The notes under the pieces: model-generated
Seen by the model: only the letters and a program-made list of their open reading frames with translations
Told to the model about the DNA's origin: nothing
Database searches by the model: none
Part shown: in pieces, positions 23,549-30,606 of the stretch
Position numbering within the stretch: the stretch's first letter is position 1
Layout of the letters: each line of letters opens with the position of its first letter
Position numbers and translations under genes: made by a program
Source: Akkermansia muciniphila
Lineage (GTDB): Bacteria; Verrucomicrobiota; Verrucomicrobiia; Methylacidiphilales; CAMAQI01
NCBI GenBank assembly: GCA_945883905.1
Contig: CAMCYL010000002.1
Coordinates: 7,464-71,463, forward strand
Reading direction: 5' to 3'
DNA: 64,000 nucleotides

Positions 23549-24316
23549 ATGAAAAAAACAGCCTCCTACTCAGTGCCAGCGTTAGAAAAGGGTCTTTTGA
23601 TCTTAGAGATGATTGCACACTCTTCCGCTCCACTCTCCCTAGCCGACCTTTCACAAAAACTGAAAAAAAGTAGAAACGAGCTTTTTCGAATGCTTAACTG
23701 CCTAGAGTCCCAAGGATATCTACACCGCGACTTGACCTCCTCGAAATACTCGCTTTCATTAAAACTTTTCGATCTCACACACATTAATAATCCCATCGAA
23801 AAACTTCGCCAAGCTGCACGAGACCCCATGCAAAACCTCGCCCAGGCAATCCGTGAAAGCTGTCACCTCTGCGTCCTGCACCAAGGTCAAATATCGGTTG
23901 TTGATCAAGTCGAAAGCCCCGAACGTATTCGAATGACCTGCGCAATTGGAAGTCTTTTTGATCCTCTCAAGACAAGCTCAGGAAAACTTCTCCTTTCACA
24001 ACTCCCCAAAAACGAGCAAAATGAAATCCTTCAAAAATCTGACTTCTGGACAAATTTAGACTCCCCCACTCGAAAAAATATTTACAATAAAATCCAACAA
24101 ATTTCTCCAAGCAAAATCTATCATCAAATCAGTGACCTTCATCCAAGCATTGAAGATATCGTTATGACGATTGAGGGAAAATCGACAGGCTTTAAAGCAA
24201 CCCTAGCTGTTACACGATTAATCGATCGACGCAACGCTTACTCTTCCGAAAAAATCCATATTGCGATTTCAAAAGCCGTTCAACAAATCAGCCAAAACCT
24301 AGGACGAAAATCATGA
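23549..24316 (+). CDS. IclR-family transcriptional regulator
   Basis: 255 aa with an N-terminal wHTH ([50 protein letters not shown]) and a C-terminal effector domain. Confidence 0.85.
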   Translation: MKKTASYSVPALEKGLLILEMIAHSSAPLSLADLSQKLKKSRNELFRMLNCLESQGYLHRDLTSSKYSLSLKLFDLTHINNPIEKLRQAARDPMQNLAQAIRESCHLCVLHQGQISVVDQVESPERIRMTCAIGSLFDPLKTSSGKLLLSQLPKNEQNEILQKSDFWTNLDSPTRKNIYNKIQQISPSKIYHQISDLHPSIEDIVMTIEGKSTGFKATLAVTRLIDRRNAYSSEKIHIAISKAVQQISQNLGRKS

Positions 24317-24744
24317 CCCCCATCCCTTATTCTCAAATTGAAATAGGAAAAGAGCGTACGACAGGAGGGCGGACGATAACCGAAACGGATATCGTCATGC
24401 ATGCAGGACAAACAGGGGATTTCTATCCCCATCACATGGACGCAGAATGGTGTAAAACACAAGAGTTCAAACAACGCATTGCCCATGGAACTCTGATTTT
24501 TTCGATCGCCATCGGAATGACCGCAGGCGAGATAAATCCTTTAGCGATGTCCTACGGCTACGATAAAATGAGATTCATTCGACCTGTATTCATCGGAGAT
24601 ACCATTCATTGCAAAGTAACGCTTACCGCAAAAAGAGAGCACAAAAAACCAGGATACGGAATTGTGGATGAAACGGTCGAAGTCTTTAACCAAAATAACG
24701 AACTCGTCCTTGTCTGCGTCCACCTTCTTTTAGTCAAATTTTAA
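24313..24744 (+). CDS. MaoC-like (R)-hydratase / hot-dog fold dehydratase
   Basis: 143 aa with [24 protein letters not shown] and [13 protein letters not shown] motifs. 4-nt overlap with the iclR-like gene. Confidence 0.85.
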   Translation: MTPIPYSQIEIGKERTTGGRTITETDIVMHAGQTGDFYPHHMDAEWCKTQEFKQRIAHGTLIFSIAIGMTAGEINPLAMSYGYDKMRFIRPVFIGDTIHCKVTLTAKREHKKPGYGIVDETVEVFNQNNELVLVCVHLLLVKF

Positions 24745-24756
24745 CTCTAAAAAAGA

Positions 24757-25068
24757 GTTCGAATCCTTTTGAACATTGTCGCTGCCGCGACCAAAGACTG
24801 GTGAGAGAGGGATTGACTTCGTCTGGACTATTTTGAGCTTACGCTCTTATTTTTAATCCTTCGGATTGGTACTCGAACTGCAAGTTCGAATCCTTTAAAC
24901 TATTGTCGCTGCCGCGACCAAAGACTGGTGAGAGAGGGATTGACTTCGTCTGGACTGTTTTGAGCTTACGCTCTTATTTTTAATCCTTCGGATTGGTACT
25001 CGAACTGCAAGTTCGAATCCTTTTAAACATTGTCGCTACCGCGACCAAAGACTGGTGAGAGAGGGATT
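24757..25068. repeat. Tandem 127-bp repeat (2 full units plus a partial third). Each unit carries the last 16 nt of tRNA-Ser plus about 42 nt of its 3' flank.
   Basis: Units start at 24757, 24884 and 25011 (period 127) and differ at only a few positions. TGGTGAGAGAGGGATT occurs at 24799-24814, 24926-24941 and 25053-25068; the last copy is the genuine tRNA 3' end. Confidence 0.9.
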
Positions 25069-25141
25069 CGAACCCTCGGTACGGTTTAACCCGTACAACG
25101 GTTTAGCAAACCGTCGCTTTCGACCACTCAGCCATCTCACC
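25053..25141 (-). tRNA. trnS: tRNA-Ser (anticodon GCT), class II with long variable arm
   Basis: The reverse complement reads GGTGAGATGGCTGAGTGGTCGAAAGCGACGGTTTGCTAAACCGTTGTACGGGTTAAACCGTACCGAGGGTTCGAATCCCTCTCTCACCA. Anticodon stem is ACGGT/ACCGT with loop TTGCTAA. The variable arm is GTACGG/CCGTAC and the T arm is GAGGG-TTCGAAT-CCCTC. Confidence 0.9.
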
Positions 25142-25178
25142 TGAGTAGAAAGGTCACCCTACCGAGTCCGAAGGGGGT
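25102..25178. repeat. 77-bp perfect direct repeat, copy 1 (the 5' 40 nt of tRNA-Ser plus 37 nt of upstream flank)
   Basis: TTTAGCAAACCGTCGCTTTCGACCACTCAGCCATCTCACCTGAGTAGAAAGGTCACCCTACCGAGTCCGAAGGGGGT is identical at 26082-26158. Confidence 0.95.
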
Positions 25179-25235
25179 TGAAAAGATTTTTTTCCAAGAA
25201 TGTTGCATTAGTGTCCAGCTAAAACAAAAAAACCT

Positions 25236-25261
25236 TAAATACATTGTCTCACGCAACGTTA
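25236..25261. repeat. 26-nt motif TAAATACATTGTCTCACGCAACGTTA, copy 1 (similarity extends to about 25215-25261)
   Basis: Identical 26-mer at 43194-43219. The flanking CCA(G)CTAAAACAAAA is also shared. Lies about 95 nt upstream of the minus-strand tRNA-Ser 5' end. Confidence 0.9.
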
Positions 25262-26081
25262 AATCCCTCCTCCCCCCTCATTCTGACTATGGCTCCTCCG
25301 AGCCTCCTCCCTATTTTTAAAATGCTCTCGAAAACGAGCTTTCGATCTCTTTTTAAAAATAGGGATCTATCGCTTAAGCTCTTGGGATCAGAACGTCCCC
25401 TCCCTTCATACAAAAATAATCTGAGGATTTATTTTGAAGAAATCAATTCCCATTGTTCACTGCTGTGGAGTACTGTCATTTATCTAATTAGGATTCGCCG
25501 CCATCATATAATATTTATTTTTACAAAAAACAAATCATGAGGTATTTTCAAAGTAGCAATACCAATGGCTTCTAATGAAAAAAATCTCTTACAGAAAACG
25601 AACTCGAACCGAAAACTTGAATTCGTGCAAAGGTTACTCCGAGACAGAACTTCTTCGGTCGTGGCTCCGAAGTCCGAGACGCCTTGGGAGAGAGCCGAAC
25701 GATCAAGAGTTGAGCAAAGCACGCTCCGCATCATCTCAAATCAAATTGGTTTTCGCTTAAAGTCCTTTCCTTTTTCTGTAGAAGATCAAGGTCAGGAACA
25801 TCAGATCGAGAAATGATTTCGAAGTATTTTAAATCTAAAAAGTTCACCCCTTTCTCACATGACCCAGAGACTTCTTTTGAAAATAAACGTTACATTATCT
25901 GGGATGCTCATGAAAACAATGTTCATATTCTTCCCAATAGAACATTGATGCCTTTTGACGTGAATATTACCGAAAAGTAATTTACCCAAAATTTACTTTT
26001 TTTCGTGTAATACTGTCTGTTTCTGACCTTCCTCGTCTTTTACTGTCCTGCGTAAGTGATTGATAGGAAATGATTTAAATA

Positions 26082-26158
26082 TTTAGCAAACCGTCGCTTT
26101 CGACCACTCAGCCATCTCACCTGAGTAGAAAGGTCACCCTACCGAGTCCGAAGGGGGT
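26082..26158. repeat. 77-bp perfect direct repeat, copy 2 (orphan 5' half of tRNA-Ser plus flank)
   Basis: Identical to 25102-25178. It lacks the tRNA 3' half, so it is a tRNA fragment and not a gene. Confidence 0.95.
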
Positions 26159-26525
26159 GATGGTTTACTTGTTTACATGAAAGCCACTTTCGAATTTGAC
26201 GATCAGCTTTATAAAGAGTTGAAACTTGGCTCGATCTTCTTCTGCTTGGAGATTGACGATCGCTCCTTTTTACAATCGGTTTTCCCTCGGCTCTCTCCGT
26301 CAGCTGACCATGAGCGTCAACTTAAGAGAAATACAATGATCTCTTAGGAAGGTTAGAAAACAGGAATTTTAAAAAAGAGCAACTTCACTGTTTTTTTCAT
26401 GTTTTCATAACTTCCTAAGAGAGAGATCGGGATTCGCATGGTTCCCACTGCTTTTTCTAGGTTTAAAAATGTTTTTCTTTCATCTCTAAAACGACCCCTT
26501 AACCTTTCCCAATAGGAATAATTAA

Positions 26526-27497
26526 ATGAGCCAACTGATTGTCATCACCGGGGCCTCTGGATTTATCGGCCGTAATGTCGTCGAACTTCTCAACAGAAGA
26601 GGTCTCGACCATCTTCTCCTCGTCGATTCTCTCGGCACGGACGACAAATGGAAAAATTTACGAGGTCTCCTCTACGAGGATATTTATCAACCCGATCAGT
26701 TCCTCCAAAAGATCGAATCCGGAAAGCTCCCTCCAATTCGATCGATTATCCATCTCGGCGCATGCAGTGCCACGACGGAACGGAATGCCGATTTCCTGTT
26801 GGAAAACAACTACCGCTACACCCGCACTCTCGCCGAATGGAGCCTCGCCCACGGCACCCGCTTTGTCTATGCCTCCAGCGGTTCCACCTATGGCAGCGGC
26901 GAGCTCGGTTACAGTGATGCGGATCACGTGACGCCGCAGTTAGTGCCACAGCATATGTACGGGTACTCCAAACACATGTTCGATCTCTGGGCGCTCCGAC
27001 GGGGATTACTCAAACAGATCGTCGGCCTGAAATATTTCAATGTCTATGGTCCCTACGAAGATCACAAAGGCGATATGCGGACACTCGTGAACAAAGCCTA
27101 CACGCAGATCAAGAGCCGAGGTTATCTCGAACTCTTCAAGTCGGAGCGACCCGACTACAAGGATGGCGAGCAGAAACGTGATTTCGTATATGTGAAAGAC
27201 GTGGCGAAGGTGACGGTCCACTTCGCGCTCGACTCTCAAGTGGGGGGATTGTTCAACTGCGGAGCGGGAGAGGCCCGAACTTGGATCGACCTCGCCCAAG
27301 CACTCTTTGCCGCGATGGATCTCAAACCGGACATCCGGTTTATCGATCTCCCGGAAAACCTGCGCGGCCAGTACCAATATTTCACCCAGGCGGAGGCCGC
27401 GAAATTGAAGACCCTCGGCGGTTATACCGAGCCCTTCACCTCCATCGAAGTGGGTGTCAGTGATTACGTGAAGAGCTATCTCGAAAAAGTGAAATAA
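26526..27497 (+). CDS. hldD: ADP-L-glycero-D-manno-heptose-6-epimerase
   Basis: 323 aa collinear with HldD/RfaD: VITGASGFIGRNVV, HLGACSATTE, YASSGSTYG, YGYSKHMFD, YFNVYGPYEDHKG, KRDFVYVKDV, YQYFTQAEAAKL. Confidence 0.88.
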   Translation: MSQLIVITGASGFIGRNVVELLNRRGLDHLLLVDSLGTDDKWKNLRGLLYEDIYQPDQFLQKIESGKLPPIRSIIHLGACSATTERNADFLLENNYRYTRTLAEWSLAHGTRFVYASSGSTYGSGELGYSDADHVTPQLVPQHMYGYSKHMFDLWALRRGLLKQIVGLKYFNVYGPYEDHKGDMRTLVNKAYTQIKSRGYLELFKSERPDYKDGEQKRDFVYVKDVAKVTVHFALDSQVGGLFNCGAGEARTWIDLAQALFAAMDLKPDIRFIDLPENLRGQYQYFTQAEAAKLKTLGGYTEPFTSIEVGVSDYVKSYLEKVK

Positions 27498-27638
27498 GCA
27501 GAAAATTAAATTTAAAGCCACTTTCTCGCACGACGTCTTGGGGATGATCACCAACGGACGGGGAGAATTTCAACAACGCACGATTTCCAAACTCCAATTA
27601 GGTCATTACTTCCAAGTCATCCTTTCATCCAACCGCAC

Positions 27639-29486
27639 CTATTCCACCGTCACACTCTTCGCAAGATTGCGGGGTTTATCCACATCACGTCCTAAAAGAA
27701 CCGCGGTGTGGTAAGAGAGTAACTGAAGGGGAACTACTGTCAAAAGGGGCATTAACGGCTCTAAGGTCGCTGGGACGTAAATGACATCATCGGCAAATTT
27801 CGCAATCTCCAAATCCCCCTCGGTCGCAATCGCAATGACTTTTCCTTTACGGGCCTTCACCTCTTGAAGATTGCTCATGTTTTTCTCGTACACGGAATCT
27901 TTCGGACAGAGAAATACGGTCGGAGTCTCCTCATCGATCAACGCAATCACTCCGTGCTTCAGCTCCGCAGAAGGATAGGCCTCCGCATGAATATAAGAGA
28001 TCTCCTTCATCTTGAGCGCCCCTTCCATCGCCACCGCTTTTTGATACTGTCGCCCTAAGAAAAGCATACTTCGATAGCTCTTATATTTATCTGCAATCAA
28101 TTTAATCGAATCACTCATCGCTAAAATCTGCTCGACTTGTGAAGGAATTCTCTCGATCGCTTGAATGATCTCCTTCCCTTGAGAGGCCGACAGAAATCGC
28201 ATTCTCCCCAAATTCAATGCGAGAAGGGTAAAAATCATCACCTGAGAGGTAAAAGACTTTGTCGCAGCAACTCCAATCTCAGGTCCCGCGTGCATATAGA
28301 CCCCGCCATCTGACTCCCGTGCAATGGTACTTCCGACTCGATTGCAAATCCCAAGGGCTCTAAAGCCCTTTCGACGTGCCTCTCTCAATGCCGCTAACGT
28401 ATCTGCCGTCTCTCCGGATTGACTCACAACAAGCACTAAGGTCCGACGATCCATCGGACAATTGCGATAGCGAAACTCGCTGGCAAAATCGGTCTCCACA
28501 GGGATCTGTGCCAAAGATTCGATCAAATATTCGCCGACCATTGCCGAATGAAGCGCGGTTCCACAGGCAAATATATTAATCCGATCAATCTCAAGCAACT
28601 CTTTGGGAGTCATATTCAACCCCCCAAGCTTGGCCGCATACTCCTCATGATCAAGGCGACCTCGAAACGCGTTTTGAATCGCTTGTGGTTGCTCAAAAAT
28701 TTCCTTGAGCATGTAATGAGGAAACGCCCCCATCTCTGCTTGTGCATCAGCAAGATCCACTTTTGTCACTTCATAGCCGACATGCGGCTTCGTGAGGGAG
28801 GAAATTTGGAATTGGGTCCCCTTCACATTCACAATGTCGTAATCGTTGAGATAAACAACCTTCTGGGTATGGGCTATAATCGCCGATACATCGCTAGTTA
28901 AAAAATGTTCACGATCTCCAATCGCTAAAACAAGTGGACTTCCTCGGCGTGCTCCCACGAATTGATCCGGATGATCTTCATGGATCACCGCCACTCCATA
29001 AGTGCCATTCACCTCTTTAAGCGCTGCTTTTAATGCATTTTCAAGACGATTCTGATCGGTCGAAGGAATTTGCTGATAGTGCTCTCCCACTAAATGAGCC
29101 AACACCTCGGTGTCGGTCTCAGATATAAACTGATGACCCTTCGCCAAAAAACCGGTTTTTAACGAGTGATAGTTTTCAATGACCCCATTATGAACCAAGG
29201 CTAATTTTCCAGATTGATCCCGATGGGGATGCGCATTCTCATCACTCGGTCCTCCATGGGTGGCCCAACGAGTATGACTAATTCCCAACTTTCCCGAAAG
29301 CGGAGAGGCTTGAAGCGCCTCCTCCAGAAATTGAATACGACCCTTTTTTTTCAAAATCTTCATTCCACGTGGATTAATCACCGCCATCCCCGAAGAGTCG
29401 TAGCCCCGATATTCTAACCGGAAAAGCCCCTCCAATAAAATGGGTTGAGCCTCTCGTTCCCCTAAATAAGCAACAATTCCACACAT
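27639..29486 (-). CDS. glmS: Glutamine--fructose-6-phosphate aminotransferase (isomerizing)
   Basis: 615 aa with the MCGIVAY N-terminal nucleophile, two SIS domains (VSQSGETADTL) and a C-terminal KSVTVE. Confidence 0.97.
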   Translation of the reverse strand: MCGIVAYLGEREAQPILLEGLFRLEYRGYDSSGMAVINPRGMKILKKKGRIQFLEEALQASPLSGKLGISHTRWATHGGPSDENAHPHRDQSGKLALVHNGVIENYHSLKTGFLAKGHQFISETDTEVLAHLVGEHYQQIPSTDQNRLENALKAALKEVNGTYGVAVIHEDHPDQFVGARRGSPLVLAIGDREHFLTSDVSAIIAHTQKVVYLNDYDIVNVKGTQFQISSLTKPHVGYEVTKVDLADAQAEMGAFPHYMLKEIFEQPQAIQNAFRGRLDHEEYAAKLGGLNMTPKELLEIDRINIFACGTALHSAMVGEYLIESLAQIPVETDFASEFRYRNCPMDRRTLVLVVSQSGETADTLAALREARRKGFRALGICNRVGSTIARESDGGVYMHAGPEIGVAATKSFTSQVMIFTLLALNLGRMRFLSASQGKEIIQAIERIPSQVEQILAMSDSIKLIADKYKSYRSMLFLGRQYQKAVAMEGALKMKEISYIHAEAYPSAELKHGVIALIDEETPTVFLCPKDSVYEKNMSNLQEVKARKGKVIAIATEGDLEIAKFADDVIYVPATLEPLMPLLTVVPLQLLSYHTAVLLGRDVDKPRNLAKSVTVE

Positions 29487-29687
29487 AAAGTCCAGAAGAG
29501 TACCAAGAAACCATCACTTGGGTAAAATAAAAAAAACGCCGATTTTTAGTTGCCTTCGGCATGGGCAATGCTTACCTAAGGAGGCTCAGTTGAAAGTTTG
29601 GCGATCTCTCCTGCGTGCGGGTGCCCGTAGGAGTCTCAAGGTTCCAGGTCTGATACGGGCATTGTTTAAGTAATAATAAGAGGTCTT

Positions 29688-30074
29688 ATGAATTCTAAAT
29701 TGTATGTAGGGAACCTTCCGTTCTCTGCTGATGAATCCCAAATTGAATCCGCTTTCGCCGAATTTGGCGCGGTTTCTCAAGTTCAAATCGTCCGTGATCG
29801 TGAAACGCAACGCCCTCGTGGATTTGCCTTCGTCACGATGGGTACAGCCGAAGAAGCTCAAGCAGCCATCAGTGGACTGCATGGCAAAGACTTAGGCGGT
29901 CGCTCAATCACGGTGAATGAAGCACGTCCGAAAGAAGATCGTCCTCAACGCTCCTTTGACGGTCCTCGCGGGGGCGGCGGTGGATACGGTGGCGGAGAAC
30001 GTCGTGGCGGTGGTGGCGGATACGGCGGCGGAGAACGTCGTGGCGGCGGTGGCGGACATCGCGATCGTTACTAA
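29688..30074 (+). CDS. RRM-type RNA-binding protein with glycine/arginine-rich tail
   Basis: 128 aa with RNP2 LYVGNL and RNP1 RGFAFVTM. The C-terminal tail is GGGGYGGGERRGGGGGYGGGERRGGGGGHRDRY. Confidence 0.9.
   Translation: MNSKLYVGNLPFSADESQIESAFAEFGAVSQVQIVRDRETQRPRGFAFVTMGTAEEAQAAISGLHGKDLGGRSITVNEARPKEDRPQRSFDGPRGGGGGYGGGERRGGGGGYGGGERRGGGGGHRDRY
29971..30056 (+). repeat. In-frame 36-bp tandem repeat encoding GYGGGERRGGGG twice
   Basis: GGATACGG(T/C)GGCGGAGAACGTCGTGGCGG occurs at 29982 and 30018 (period 36 bp), inside the RRM protein tail. Confidence 0.85.
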
Positions 30075-30112
30075 AAGACCTCAAACGTCTCTTTATTTTT
30101 AATATCATTTAA

Positions 30113-30147
30113 CACCCCTCCTGAGTCAATGCTGAGGAGGGGTTTTT
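30113..30147 (+). terminator. Rho-independent terminator of the RRM protein gene
   Basis: CCCCTCCT (30115-30122) pairs with AGGAGGGG (30135-30142) and is followed by TTTTT. Confidence 0.7.
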
Positions 30148-30189
30148 GTGGGGTTAGTTAAGTTTCACCGACCCTGTTTTTATCCCCAT

Positions 30190-30220
30190 AAAAAGTTGAG
30201 GGGCTCAACTCCCTTTTTTA
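30190..30220. terminator. Bidirectional hairpin terminator
   Basis: AGTTGAG-GGG-CTCAACT (30194-30210) is flanked by AAAAA on the left and CCCTTTTTT on the right. On the minus strand it sits 13 nt past the stop of the 30223-30606 gene and is followed by UUUUAU. Confidence 0.6.
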
Positions 30221-30222
30221 GG

Positions 30223-30606
30223 CTAAAATAAGTCCTTTCCATACTTATTCATCCATTTCTTTTCACGCTCAATTTGCTCCACGGCCCTCTTCGCCATCAT
30301 CGGCTCGATCCAACGTCGCTCCCATTGAACAAAAATAAAAAAGAGGAATGAGCCAACACTCAAAAGCCAAAAGATCCCCGCAAATAAAGCCGCAAAAAAT
30401 CGGTCGCAAAAAATCAAATACCCCCACGAGGTCGGATAGGCAATTAACGTCTCTACGAATCCCTCCGCCCCTCTTTTAAAACAAACCTGATCTCCTAAAA
30501 AAAGGAGAAAGAAGACGATTATTAAAATAAAAAATAAAAAAAATTTATGAGGATCAGAAACTCCATTCCAGGAGGGATTAGGGACTTGCGGATTGGGGAT
30601 TTTCAT
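30223..30606 (-). CDS. Small integral membrane protein (about 3 TM), last gene of the coupling-protein operon
   Basis: 127 aa with hydrophobic stretches FFLFFILIIVFFLLFLG and FFAALFAGIFWLLSVGSFLFFIFV. 4-nt overlap with the upstream ATPase gene. No family recognised. Confidence 0.5.
   Translation of the reverse strand: MKIPNPQVPNPSWNGVSDPHKFFLFFILIIVFFLLFLGDQVCFKRGAEGFVETLIAYPTSWGYLIFCDRFFAALFAGIFWLLSVGSFLFFIFVQWERRWIEPMMAKRAVEQIEREKKWMNKYGKDLF

Noticed and set aside
24870-24900. Plus-strand tRNA-like T-arm (GTTCGAATCC) inside each 127-bp unit
   Set aside because: The flanking bases (GCAAG / CCTTT) cannot form a T-stem, and no acceptor or anticodon arms can be built. The string is part of a simple 7-bp hairpin.
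24757-25068. CRISPR array
   Set aside because: The 127-bp periodicity consists of whole-unit tandem duplication. The segments between the repeated cores are themselves identical, so there are no unique spacers. The repeats are also tRNA-derived.
25813-25980. 55-aa ORF (MISKYFKSKKFTPFSHDPETSFENKRYIIWDAHENNVH...) inside the 903-bp insert
   Set aside because: No recognisable motif or clear ribosome-binding site, and length is below a reliable threshold. It cannot be distinguished from a chance ORF.
26177-26347. 56-aa ORF (MKATFEFDDQLYKELK...) resembling an antitoxin N-terminus, next to the orphan tRNA half
   Set aside because: It is too short, only the first about 16 residues resemble RHH/VapB-type antitoxins, and there is no adjacent toxin ORF. 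It may be a decayed remnant but is not supportable as a gene.
27006-27554. 182-aa minus-strand ORF and four further ORFs overlapping hldD
   Set aside because: These are artefacts of the locally high GC content (few stop codons in any frame). hldD itself has full-length collinear homology.
29487-29687. Possible glmS ribozyme upstream of glmS
   Set aside because: The leader lacks the conserved glmS ribozyme core strings as I recall them (the AGCGCC cleavage-site context, the GACGAGG-type P2.1 segment, the double pseudoknot arrangement). Only generic hairpins are present.
29586-29882. 98-aa minus-strand ORF spanning the glmS/RRM intergenic region
   Set aside because: It is antisense to the well-supported RRM protein gene for half its length and has no motifs. 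The intergenic part is better explained as RNA structure.
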